A DNA stretch of 15,080 bases, filler included, from an uncultured Acidimicrobiia bacterium (GTDB taxonomy: Bacteria > Actinomycetota > Acidimicrobiia > Spongiisociales > JAOTWH01), in assembly GCA_964347285.1 (NCBI GenBank). It is 8 parts of 8 records of this genome, joined end to end, with 100 filler letters (N's around TTAATTAATTAA, not from the genome) between each part and the next. Parts side by side here need not be neighbours in the genome. Positions count along the whole stretch, not along the records: positions 6,273 to 8,075 come from CAYFYE010000181.1; positions 8,176 to 9,929 come from CAYFYE010000182.1; positions 10,030 to 11,733 come from CAYFYE010000183.1; positions 11,834 to 13,424 come from CAYFYE010000186.1; positions 13,525 to 15,080 come from CAYFYE010000187.1; 3 more parts are not named here. One strand, given 5' to 3'. Numbering within the stretch: position 1 is the stretch's first letter; the number at the start of each line of letters is the position of its first letter. Position numbers and translations under genes: made by a program. The notes beneath the pieces were generated by a model. The model worked only from the letters and a program-made list of their open reading frames with translations, did not search any database and was not told the origin of the DNA. This document shows positions 6,401 to 15,080 of this stretch, in pieces.

Positions 6401-6490
6401 GGGATGCCTCCTGGGAGGTGTTCACCGTATTCATCGGCGTTTGCGGAGGTCCGCTTGAGGCGGCTACGTCCCTCCTAAGCTCTCCGATCG

Positions 6491-7072
6491 ATGGACGTCC
6501 AGACGATGAACAACCTGTTCTCGGTGCTGTCGCTGATGACCAATGCGGCAGTCGCGGGCTGGCTGGTGGTGATGGTGGCGTCCCGCTACTCGCCCCGAGC
6601 CGCCGAAACCCGGGAAATGCTGGTTCAGTCACTGGCCGGGCCGGCCCTCCTGTATGCGGCCCTCATATCCCTGGCGGCTACGTTGGGAAGCCTCTACTAC
6701 TCGGAGATCGCCCACTTCGAGGCCTGCAAACTCTGCTGGTACCAGAGGATCGCCATGTATCCCATCTGGGTCATCCTCGGGATCGGCTACTTCCGCGGCG
6801 ACGGTGCGTCTCGCCTCTACGCGTACCCGCTGGCCGCCGTGGGTGCGGTCATCGCCGCCTACCACTACCTACTGCACCACTTCCCCGACCTCTCGACCGG
6901 TGGCTGTCTGGAGGCCGTCCCCTGCACCGCGCCCTGGGTGTGGCGGTTCGGGTTCATCTCGATTCCCTACATGGCGCTCAGCGCCTTCACCCTCATCCTC
7001 GTCCTGCTCTGGGCATCATCCCTGGCCGCCCCCTCCGAAGAGGAGACCCCCCGGGCGGAGGTCATGGCCTGA
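6491..7072 (+). CDS. dsbB: Disulfide bond formation protein B (DsbB/BdbC family)
   Basis: ATLGSLYYSE, CKLCWYQRIAMYP, a second Cys pair (GCLEAVPC) and FGFISIPYMAL, with 4-5 TM helices. Confidence 0.92.
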   Translation: MDVQTMNNLFSVLSLMTNAAVAGWLVVMVASRYSPRAAETREMLVQSLAGPALLYAALISLAATLGSLYYSEIAHFEACKLCWYQRIAMYPIWVILGIGYFRGDGASRLYAYPLAAVGAVIAAYHYLLHHFPDLSTGGCLEAVPCTAPWVWRFGFISIPYMALSAFTLILVLLWASSLAAPSEEETPRAEVMA

Positions 7073-7099
7073 AGGCGCCGGGTGCTGCACGATCGCCCC

Positions 7100-7105
7100 T
7101 AACCT
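7100..7105 (+). promoter_or_regulatory. -10 element TAACCT, leaderless start
   Basis: TAACCT-N6-GTG(7112), no SD. Confidence 0.55.
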
Positions 7106-7111
7106 ATCCCC

Positions 7112-7789
7112 GTGAGCAAGCCCAAGGCCAAGGCCAAGACCCGGCCCAGCGCCAAGAAGCCCACCGCCCCCGCCGCAAAGGGCCGCCGGATCCCGATCGG
7201 TTGGATCGCCGGTGGAGCGTTGGCCGTGGCAGTCGTCATCGCCATGGTCCTCAGCTTCGGAGGGACCGAAGAGCAGGACACCAGCGGCGAGTTCGGCACT
7301 CCCCGGGTCGACGGGCAGGCACTCCCTCTCTTCAGCGACCCGGCCACCGACACCGCCATCGGCCTGGCGATACCCGAGGTCGACGGGGCCGACTTCGGCG
7401 GCAGCCCGGTCGCGATACGCAGGGACGGCATTCCCAAAGCCCTGCTCTTCCTGGCCCACTGGTGCCCGGCCTGTCAGGCCGAGGTCCCCGAAGTGCAGCA
7501 GCTCGTGAACGACGGCGCCGTGCCCGAGGGGATCGAAATCATCTCGGTTGTCACGGCCACCAACGAAGCCAGGCCCAACTTCCCACCGTCGGCGTGGCTG
7601 CAGCGGGAGGGGTGGACCTCTCCGGTGATCGTGGACGGTGAGGACAGCCTCGCCTATCAGTCGTTCGGCGCGGGCGCCTTTCCCTTCTGGGTATTCGTGG
7701 ACGGGGCCGGCAACGTTTTCGGCCGCGTGTCGGGGGCCCTCCCCATCGACCAGGTCCAATCGATCTTCACGGCCCTCGCCGAGACGTAG
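7112..7789 (+). CDS. Membrane-anchored thioredoxin-fold thiol-disulfide oxidoreductase (TlpA/ResA-like)
   Basis: Basic N-tail, one TM helix, FLAHWCPACQAEVP active site and the cis-Pro loop AFPFWVFVD. Confidence 0.88.
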   Translation: MSKPKAKAKTRPSAKKPTAPAAKGRRIPIGWIAGGALAVAVVIAMVLSFGGTEEQDTSGEFGTPRVDGQALPLFSDPATDTAIGLAIPEVDGADFGGSPVAIRRDGIPKALLFLAHWCPACQAEVPEVQQLVNDGAVPEGIEIISVVTATNEARPNFPPSAWLQREGWTSPVIVDGEDSLAYQSFGAGAFPFWVFVDGAGNVFGRVSGALPIDQVQSIFTALAET

Positions 7790-8075
7790 GCCGGCCCCCC
7801 ACCACCACGAACTCGTTGTAGCGAAACAGGCGCCCGGCAAAGCGCGGCAGGGGAAAAGAGTAGGAGCGCTCCACCGCCAGCCCGTGCCGTTGCAGCAGCG
7901 CGGCCAGGGCGGCATCGTCGGCGTATTCGACATGGGTGGGATCGCTGCGGAACCCGGCCTCCTGGGGGGCGATCAGGATGACCCGTCCCTCCGGATCGAG
8001 ATAGCGAAGGTATGAGCCGAGCAGCTCCACCGCCTCTTCGAAATGCATGTGCTCGACCACGTGGGCGAGGAGGAT
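7767..8075 (-). CDS. Class I SAM-dependent methyltransferase, C-terminal part
   Basis: ILLAHVVEHM...YLDPEGRVILIAP...DPTH, typical post-motif-I segments of class I methyltransferases. Confidence 0.8.
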   Translation of the reverse strand: MLLAHVVEHMHFEEAVELLGSYLRYLDPEGRVILIAPQEAGFRSDPTHVEYADDAALAALLQRHGLAVERSYSFPLPRFAGRLFRYNEFVVVGGRPTSRRGP

Positions 8076-8175
8076 NNNNNNNNNNNNNNNNNNNNNNNNN
8101 NNNNNNNNNNNNNNNNNNNTTAATTAATTAANNNNNNNNNNNNNNNNNNNNNNNNNNNNNNNNNNNNNNNNNNNN
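8076..8175. other. Artificial contig spacer
   Basis: N44-TTAATTAATTAA-N44. Confidence 0.98.
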
Positions 8176-8438
8176 ACGGCTCGTGGCGCCTCGACGGCCA
8201 CACGCTCGTGGTGACGCTCGAGCCATGCCCTATGTGTGCGATGGCGGCGGTCTGGGCCCGCATCGAGCGGATCGTCTACGGTGCCCCCGACCCCAAGGCC
8301 GGCGGCGCCTGGAGTCTGTACAACATCCCCCAGGACCGCCGACTCAATCACCGCATCGAGCTCGAGGGGGGGATGCGCGCCGAGGAAGCGGCGGCCCTCC
8401 TCGAGGATTTCTTCGCCGGGCGCCGGGCATCGACCTGA
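8176..8438 (+). CDS. tadA: tRNA adenosine(34) deaminase, 3' part
   Basis: WRLDGHTLVVTLEPCPMCAMAAVWARIERIVYGAPDPKAG...RLNH...LLEDFF. Confidence 0.93.
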
Positions 8439-8719
8439 GAGCAGCCGGACACGACGCATCTCCCTGCCCGGCGGTGCCTACCGCAGAGCACGGGGACCAT
8501 CTCATGCACGGCGGCCGCGAAGATGGGACAGTGCGGCGGAGACCCACCGTCGACCCCTCATCTGCGTCTGGGCCACCCGAACCGGCCGGCGAGCGACCGA
8601 GACGAGCTCGTGAACATCGCACAGGGCCGATGTTTGGAATGGCATCTTCCGGGGCAGCCGGGCCCTCGGTGAAACACTGCCGCGCTGGTAACGGATCAGG
8701 GAGCACCAGCACCCCTGGG

Positions 8720-8725
8720 TATCAT
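8720..8725 (+). promoter_or_regulatory. -10 element (TATCAT) for the tRNA-Ser cluster
   Basis: TATCAT ends 6 nt before the first tRNA base. Confidence 0.6.
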
Positions 8726-8731
8726 CGCCTC

Positions 8732-8823
8732 GGAGGGATCGCATAGTCTGGCCTAGTGCGCGGCACTCGAAATGCCGTGAGGCGGTATCCCCGCCTCCGT
8801 GGGTTCGAATCCCACTCCCTCCG
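8732..8823 (+). tRNA. tRNA-Ser(CGA)
   Basis: GGAGGGA acceptor, CGGCA-CTCGAAA-TGCCG, long variable arm, GGTTCGAATCC, discriminator G. Confidence 0.95.
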
Positions 8824-8832
8824 CTCATCCCC

Positions 8833-8921
8833 GGAGGGATGGCCGAGCGGACGAAGGCGGCAGTCTTGAAAACTGCTGGACCCGGCTACGGGTCCCGTGG
8901 GTTCGAATCCCACTCCCTCCG
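8833..8921 (+). tRNA. tRNA-Ser(TGA)
   Basis: GCAGT-CTTGAAA-ACTGC anticodon arm, long variable arm, discriminator G. Confidence 0.96.
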
Positions 8922-8947
8922 CCGGCACGCCCACCGGGCGTGAACAT

Positions 8948-9059
<112 letters not shown>

Positions 9060-9127
9060 CACCTCCCCGGAGCCGGATCGGGCGCGCCCGATGTGCCGAC
9101 CGGTGTCGTCCGACGTAACCTCGCGTG

Positions 9128-9691
9128 ATGACCGTCCTCGCCAGCATCGAGGTGGCCGGAGCCGTCGTGGCGGCCGTCCAGGGTGACCTGACCGCCCAGG
9201 AGGTCGACGCGGTGGTCAATGCCGCCAACGAGCAGTTGGCCCATGGCGGTGGGGTGGCCGCAGCGATAGTGCGGGCCGGTGGCCCGATTGTTCAGGAAGA
9301 GTCGACGGCCTGGGTGCGTGAGCACGGCCCGGTGACCATCGGCACGGCCGCCGTCACCTCGGCGGGTGCGATGCCGGCCCGATGGGTGGTACATACCGTC
9401 GGTCCTCGCTATCGCGAGGGCCAGGACAACGAGAAATTGCTGAGGGCGGCGGTGCGAGCCGCCCTCGACGCTGGCGCCGAGGCGGGGTCCAGGACGATGG
9501 CCTTCCCGGCTATTTCGGCAGGCATCTTTGGCTATCCGCGCCCGGAGGCCACCAGGATCATCGCCGGCGAGGTGGCGGCCTGGCTGCGAGAAAACCCCGG
9601 CCGCCTCGACGAGGTCCGCTTGGTGGGCTTCGATGAGGATTCCGCCGGGGACTTCGCCGCCGCCGTCGCTTCGCCGGCATCCGAGGCCTGA
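9128..9691 (+). CDS. Macrodomain protein (MacroD/YmdB-like ADP-ribose hydrolase / O-acetyl-ADP-ribose deacetylase)
   Basis: QGDLT, DAVVNAAN, HGGGVAAAI, HTVGP and FPAISAGIFGYP. TAACCT (9116-9121) lies 6 nt before ATG 9128 (alternative GTG 9125). Confidence 0.93.
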   Translation: MTVLASIEVAGAVVAAVQGDLTAQEVDAVVNAANEQLAHGGGVAAAIVRAGGPIVQEESTAWVREHGPVTIGTAAVTSAGAMPARWVVHTVGPRYREGQDNEKLLRAAVRAALDAGAEAGSRTMAFPAISAGIFGYPRPEATRIIAGEVAAWLRENPGRLDEVRLVGFDEDSAGDFAAAVASPASEA

Positions 9692-9710
9692 ACGGCTGCC
9701 GCCCCCGGTC

Positions 9711-9929
9711 TCAGTTGGTACCGGCCTCGATCCACTCCTCGACCAGGCGCCCCAGCACCGGCAGCGTGGTCGGCCCGGAGCCGAGCATGGTGTCGTGGTA
9801 GGCCTTGATGTCAAAGCGGTCGCCGAGGTGATCCCGGGCCCGATCCCGTATCCGCAGGAATTCACGCTGACCGGCCTTGTAGGAGAGGGCCTGGCCGAAG
9901 TAGCCGATATAGCGGTCGACCTCGTTGTC
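9711..9929 (-). CDS. DUF885-family protein, C-terminal part (not in ORF track)
   Basis: DNEVDRYIGYFGQALSYKAGQREFLRIRDRARDHLGDRFDIKAYHDTMLGSGPTTLPVLGRLVEEWIEAGTN*, with the characteristic EVDRY..GQA.SY..G and FDI..(F/Y)HD motifs. Confidence 0.88.
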   Translation of the reverse strand, partial: DNEVDRYIGYFGQALSYKAGQREFLRIRDRARDHLGDRFDIKAYHDTMLGSGPTTLPVLGRLVEEWIEAGTN

Positions 9930-10029
9930 NNNNNNNNNNNNNNNNNNNNNNNNNNNNNNNNNNNNNNNNNNNNTTAATTAATTAANNNNNNNNNNNNNNN
10001 NNNNNNNNNNNNNNNNNNNNNNNNNNNNN
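9930..10029. other. Artificial contig spacer
   Basis: N44-TTAATTAATTAA-N44. Confidence 0.98.
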
Positions 10030-10252
10030 GCTTCACCAGGGCTACGAAGCGAGCCGCCCCGCCGTAGTCCTCCAGTCCGGACCCCGCATCGACGAGCTGC
10101 GATTCACCGTCGTTGTTGTGCAATATCGTCAATGTGAAACCAGGCGGTTCCGCCGATCCCGGTGCGGCGACGAGCGTCAGCAGCCCGGCGATCAGCGCTA
10201 CGACGACAAGGACGGTGTGCCGTCGCGCCCGTAAATGGGACGTACTTCCCAT
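10030..10252 (-). CDS. Secreted bifunctional metallophosphatase/5'-nucleotidase, N-terminal fragment
   Basis: SD GGAGG, a signal peptide, then FTLTILHNNDGESQL...YGGAARFVALVK. Confidence 0.82.
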
Positions 10253-10379
10253 GTGTTTCCTCCCCGCTCACGCCCGGCCGAACGCCCCGGCCGAGCTCCT
10301 CTTACTCTCTGGCCCCGGGATCGCCACGCCACTCGGTGGGTCCCGCCTACCCCTTCGAAGCTATTCGCCTCCTCCGAAC

Positions 10380-11733
10380 CTACTCCTCTCCACGTGCGCG
10401 TGCCGCTTTGGATGATGGGCTGGGCGGCCCGGTCCCCCGGCCGGCCAGCGTCGCGCCCGCCTCCACCGAGGCCAGGTTCTTGTCGGCAAAGGGCCCGCTC
10501 CCGGCCGCCTCTCGCAAGGCGTCGATAGAGATCAAGCCGAGGCGCCCCGACACTGCGGTCAGCATGGCCAGGGCCAGCTCGGCCTTGGCGATCCGGGTCG
10601 GGCTCAGGCCCGGGTCGATCACCTCCACCTGCGCCGGCGTGGTCACCTCGGCGAACTCCGGAGTGGTGAAGACCACTCCCTCGGGCGTCAGCCTTCCCAG
10701 CACCGGCTCGACCTTGCCGAGCCCGTCGGCGGACAGCACCAGGACAACGTCGGGCCGGTCGACGCTCACCAAGGGGGATTGCTCGAGACTCAACACCACC
10801 TCAGAGACGCTGTGCCCGGTCTTCACCGTCACCGGGTAGTCGTCCCGCTGGGTAGCCCACAGCCCGGACCGGATGGCCGCCTCGCCGAAGAGCCGGGCGG
10901 CCGAGCGGACCTTGGCCCCGGCCGAGCCGGCCACCACCACCGACATCGGGGCATCGAGCCCGCTCCGATGTGAGATCGGGATCGGCTTCGGAGCGGCGCG
11001 GGTCCGATCGCCCGCCGCGGCGGCCGCCCGGTAGGCGACCGCGTAGTCCTCGACCTCTCGTTGGTAGAGCACCCCGGAGTCGAATCCGTACCGGGCCATC
11101 GTTTGGTCGAGCGCCTTCCGACCGAACTTGTTGGCGGGCATGAAGTAGGCGGTGCACAGCTCCCAGATGTCGAGGAGGGCGAACCCGGGATGCTCGATGG
11201 CCTCGAAGATCCGCTCGGACAGCTCGGCATCGAAACTGGTCCCCCGGTAGACGTAGCCGGCTCCGTTGACACCGACCGTGGCACAGATGTCGAGGGGATG
11301 TTCTAGGTTCCCGCCCGGGGTGGTCGACGTCACCGCTCCCTCGGGAGTGGTTGTGGAGTGCTGGCCCCCGGTCATCCCGAAGTTGAAGTTGTTGAACACC
11401 AGCACGGTGATGCCGACGTTGCGACGGGCCGCGTTGACGAGATGGTTGCCGCCGATGCCGGTTCCTCCGTCCCCCATGATCACGATCACCGCCAGGTCGG
11501 GTTGGGCCAGCTTGATACCGGTGGCATAGGTGACACTGCGGCCGTGCAGGCCGTGAAAGGCACTGGTGGTGAAGTACTGGTCGGACAAGCCGGCGCACCC
11601 GATGTCGCTGACGATCACCACCCGGGCCGGATCCAGCGCCGCCCTGGTCAAAGCCCCGTCCAGCCGGTCGAGGATGCCGCCATGGCCGCATCCGGGGCAG
11701 AACGGATACGGCGTTTCGTTGCGGTAGCTGCCG
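10380..11733 (-). CDS. 2-oxoacid:ferredoxin oxidoreductase beta (TPP-binding) subunit fused to gamma domain, 5'-truncated
   Basis: The frame stays open to the contig edge: PFCPGCGH, DIGC, HGLHGR, GDGG...NNFNFGMTGGQ, then gamma-type VVVAGSAGAKVRSA and TVKTGHSVSEV. Confidence 0.9.
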
Positions 11734-11833
11734 NNNNNNNNNNNNNNNNNNNNNNNNNNNNNNNNNNNNNNNNNNNNTTAATTAATTAANNNNNNNNNNN
11801 NNNNNNNNNNNNNNNNNNNNNNNNNNNNNNNNN
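11734..11833. other. Artificial contig spacer
   Basis: N44-TTAATTAATTAA-N44. Confidence 0.98.
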
Positions 11834-11834
11834 G

Positions 11835-11960
11835 GCGGCGGACACCGCCGCCCGCTTCATCGATGCCGGGGCCGATCACATTGTCGTGACGTCCTTCCCG
11901 CCGATTTCCCCCGACGTGGTGCCGGCGATCGGAGCCGCCCTCGCCGCCATCGACGGCTGA
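11835..11960 (+). CDS. 3' end of a probable LLM-class oxidoreductase (not in ORF track)
   Basis: AADTAARFIDAGADHIVVTSFPPISPDVVPAIGAALAAIDG* resembles the C-terminus of the downstream LLM (AQEAGVDHAVVALASP). Confidence 0.65.
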   Translation, partial: AADTAARFIDAGADHIVVTSFPPISPDVVPAIGAALAAIDG

Positions 11961-12213
11961 CTCGGGTCCACTCGGGCAATTCACCTCCGATGAGCGCACG
12001 TCTCATAGGAACGTGCCGCCGGGTGGATCCGGCCGCCGCTACGAAGAAGTCCCGGTCGGAGGCTGGGCTTGTGTCGGAGCACTGGCGGGGGGCCGCTTCA
12101 AACGTGAGATCCGGTGTCTCGCCACGTCCCTCCGAGGTCGTCGTCAGAAGTAAGGTTCCGCCTCGGTTGCCGCGACGTGGCAACCTCGGCCCGGCACTCA
12201 CGAGGAGGCGTAG

Positions 12214-13047
12214 ATGAAAGTGTCGTTCAAAACCGCGCCGATGCACACCGACTGGGACGGGATCCGAGACGTATGGGTGGAGGCCGACGACATGGCCGTG
12301 TTCGAGGGAGGGTGGACGTTCGACCATTTCATGCCCATTCGAGGCGATGTCAACGGCCCGTGCCTCGAGGGCTGGGTGCTGCTCTCGGCGCTGGCAACGA
12401 TCACCTCCCGGTTACGGCTCGGGGTGATGGTGACCGGCAACACCTACCGGCACCCGGCGGTGTTGGCCAACATGGCGGCGACGCTCGACATCGTCTCCGA
12501 CGGCCGGCTCGATTTGGGGATCGGGGCCGGCTGGTTCTCCCATGAGCACGAGGCCTACGGGATCGAGCTTCCCGGCGTCAAGGAGCGACTCGATCGCTTC
12601 GATGAGGCGGTAGAGGTGATCCACCTCCTGCTGACGGAGACGTCGGCCGACTTCGAGGGCGACCACTACCGGCTGCGGGCGGCGAGCTGCGAACCGAAAC
12701 CGGTTCAGCAACCACGTCCTCCGCTCGTGATCGGCGCCGGCGGGGAGAAGCGGACGTTGCGGACCGCCGCCCGCTGGGCGGACCACTGGAACGCCCCCGG
12801 CATGGACTTCGACCTCGAGTCGTTTCGGCGCAAGGCTGAGGTGCTGGCCTCGTGGTGCGAGACTTTCGGCCGCCCCTACGACGAGATCGAGAAGTCGATC
12901 CAATTCCCGGCCGGCGATCCCGCTTCTCTGTCGGAGCGACTCGCCCAGGCCCAAGAGGCCGGCGTGGATCACGCCGTGGTCGCCCTTGCCTCGCCCCATC
13001 GGGTGTCCGAGTTGGTGGCGGTGGCCGAAGCCATCGCGGAGGACTGA
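12214..13047 (+). CDS. LLM-class F420-dependent oxidoreductase (Rv1855c/TIGR03560-like)
   Basis: WTFDHFMP, CLEGWVLLSALA, MVTGNTYRHPAVLANMAATLD, GRLDLGIGAGW and GGEKRTLR. SD GAGGAGG. Confidence 0.92.
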   Translation: MKVSFKTAPMHTDWDGIRDVWVEADDMAVFEGGWTFDHFMPIRGDVNGPCLEGWVLLSALATITSRLRLGVMVTGNTYRHPAVLANMAATLDIVSDGRLDLGIGAGWFSHEHEAYGIELPGVKERLDRFDEAVEVIHLLLTETSADFEGDHYRLRAASCEPKPVQQPRPPLVIGAGGEKRTLRTAARWADHWNAPGMDFDLESFRRKAEVLASWCETFGRPYDEIEKSIQFPAGDPASLSERLAQAQEAGVDHAVVALASPHRVSELVAVAEAIAED

Positions 13048-13147
13048 GGGCAGACCACCGAGGCCCGCGCCCGCAACCGGGGGTGCTCCGGCGGCCGCCG
13101 GAGCCGCGGGTGCGAGAATGAGCATTGGCGAGCAGCGGAGGGAATCC

Positions 13148-13424
13148 ATGGCCCAACCCGACTTGGCGCGTACCGAGGTGGCGGACGGGATGCGCATCAC
13201 GTGGCATGAGCCGATCCCCATGGACGACGGCACCGTGCTGCGGGCGGACGTCTTCCGTCCTGTCGAGGAGGGTCGGTACCCGGTGATCCTGACGTATGGC
13301 ATCTACGCCAAGGGGGTGGCCTACCAGGAGGGGTATCCCCATCAGTGGGAGAAGATGGTGGCGGATCACCCCGAGATCCTCGAGGGCTCCACCAACAAGT
13401 ACCAGAACTGGGAGGTGACCGACC
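13148..13424 (+). CDS. CocE/NonD-family hydrolase (peptidase S15), N-terminal fragment
   Basis: IPMDDGTVLRADVFRP...YPVILTYGIYAKG...NWEVTD. SD GGAGG before ATG 13148. Confidence 0.88.
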
Positions 13425-13524
13425 NNNNNNNNNNNNNNNNNNNNNNNNNNNNNNNNNNNNNNNNNNNNTTAATTAATTAANNNNNNNNNNNNNNNNNNNN
13501 NNNNNNNNNNNNNNNNNNNNNNNN
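13425..13524. other. Artificial contig spacer
   Basis: N44-TTAATTAATTAA-N44. Confidence 0.98.
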
Positions 13525-15080
13525 AGACATCGGGGAGGAAGTGCATCTCGATCTTGAGGGTGCCGTCTCCCTTGCAGGTCTCGCACCGTCCCCCGGCGAC
13601 GTTGAAGGAGAACCTCCCCGGCTTGTAGCCCCGCAGCTTGGCGTCTGGGGTGGCGGCGAACAGCTCGCGAATGCGGTCGAACACGCCTGTGTAGGTGGCC
13701 GGGTTCGAGCGGGGCGTTCGGCCGATGGGCGACTGATCGATGTCGATGATCTTGTCGATGTGCTCGACGCCCCGAATCTTGCGGTGCTTGCCGGGAAGCT
13801 CTCGGGATCCGATGAGGCGAAAGCGGAGCCCCCGGGCCAGGATCTCCTCGACGAGCGTCGACTTTCCGCTGCCCGACACTCCGGTGACCGCAATGAACAT
13901 CCCCAGGGGGAAACGGACGTCGATGTCCTTGAGGTTGTGCTCGGCCGCTCCGACCACCTCGACGGCCTGGGCGTTGAGTTCCCGGCGCGACTCCGGCACG
14001 GGGATGGTGCGACGGCCGGCGAGGTAATCGCCGGTCATCGACAACGGCTCCCCGGTGATGGTGGTCAGCGGCCCTTCGGCCACGATGCGCCCGCCGTGCT
14101 CTCCGGCCCCCGGACCGATGTCGACGATATGGTCGGCGGTGCGAATGGTCTCTTCGTCGTGCTCGACGACGATGACGGTGTTTCCCAGGTCGCGGAGCCG
14201 CACCAACGTCTCGATCAGGCGGTGGTTGTCGCGCTGATGCAGCCCGATCGACGGCTCGTCGAGGATGTACAGCACTCCAACCAGGCCGGACCCGATCTGG
14301 GTGGCCAGTCGGATGCGCTGTGCCTCCCCGCCGGCCAAGGTCGCCGACGGACGGTACAGGGTGAGGTAGTCGAGGCCCACGTCGAGGAGAAAGGCGAGGC
14401 GGGAGCCGATCTCCTTGAGCACCTGACGGGCGATTTCCCGGCGACGCTCGTCGAGTTCGAGCCCTTCGAGGAAATCGGCCGTCTGGCGCAGCGACAGCTG
14501 GGACAGCTCGAAGATGTCGAGGCCACCGACGGTGACCGCCAGGGAGACCTCGTTGAGCCTTGCCCCGCGGCAGTCCAGGCAGGGGACTTCACGCATGTAC
14601 TGCTGGTATTGCTCGCGGGCGTAGTCGGAATCGGCCGCCTCGTGCCGACGCTCCAGCCAGGGGATGACCCCCTCGTACGTGGTTTCGTAGCGCCGGCGCC
14701 GGCCAAAGCGGTTCGTGTAGGAAACGGTGAGCCGGCGGTCTCCGGTGCCGTACAAGACGGCCTTCTGATGCCGTTTGGCCAGCTCGGAGAACGGAGCATC
14801 GATATCGAAGTCCAGGGCGATGGACACCGCCTCGAGTAGTCGCTGGAAGTAGCGCATTCGGTAGCGGCCCGCCCAGGGAGCGATCGCGCCCTCGGCGATG
14901 GTCAGGTCGGCGTCGGGCACGGCCAGCTCGGGATCGACTTGATAGCGGGTGCCGATGCCGTCACAGGTCGGGCAGGCTCCATACGGGCTGTTGAACGAGA
15001 AGTTGCGGGGCTGGAGCTCGTCGAACGACAACCCGCACTGATCGCACGCCAGATGTTGGCTGAAGGTCATGGTCGGCCCG
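13525..15080 (-). CDS. uvrA: Excinuclease ABC subunit A, internal fragment
   Basis: [17 protein letters not shown] zinc module, [55 protein letters not shown] and [11 protein letters not shown]. Confidence 0.98.

Noticed and set aside
8797..8922. 28-bp direct repeat CCGTGGGTTCGAATCCCACTCCCTCCGC as attL/attR or CRISPR repeat
   Set aside because: Both copies are the T-arm and acceptor ends of complete tRNA-Ser genes, with no intervening element.
11990..12217. 75-aa ORF with ATGA overlap to the LLM gene
   Set aside because: No SD, Arg/Ser-rich composition and no motif. The LLM gene has its own -10 and SD inside it.
13541..14839. 432-aa ORF antisense to uvrA (and similar antisense ORFs at 12412-13302 and 7016-7933)
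   Set aside because: Antisense shadow frames caused by GC3-biased codon usage.

Overview
This window is not one locus. It is eight short, unrelated contigs joined by artificial 100-nt spacers (N44-TTAATTAATTAA-N44). The contigs are 1-2052, 2153-4160, 4261-6172, 6273-8075, 8176-9929, 10030-11733, 11834-13424 and 13525-15080, and they are ordered by decreasing length. This is typical of the small-contig tail of a draft or metagenome-assembled genome. High GC, TANNNT leaderless promoters, F420-family enzymes and a 6C-like RNA point to an actinobacterium (class uncertain, Acidimicrobiia is plausible). Content is mostly housekeeping: the nth 3' end, an internally deleted MATE gene, an MFS transporter, CsaA, an F420-type nitroreductase-family protein, tRNAs Glu/Asp/Phe and three Ser, a PfkB kinase, a TolB-like propeller, DsbB plus thioredoxin, a methyltransferase, tadA, a macrodomain, DUF885, a 5'-nucleotidase, a fused beta-gamma 2-oxoacid:ferredoxin oxidoreductase, tandem LLM oxidoreductases, CocE/NonD and uvrA. 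No new multi-gene system can be demonstrated. The two best leads are non-coding. (i) Just 3' of tRNA-Phe there is an 11-bp tandem repeat resembling integrase arm sites, followed by a strand-specific multi-stem RNA leading into a truncated gene. (ii) The ~780-bp intergenic region of contig 2 holds a 6C-like sRNA with a CCUCCUCCC loop, a LacI-type operator, DosR/OsdR-like boxes and a translationally coupled 25-aa ORF.
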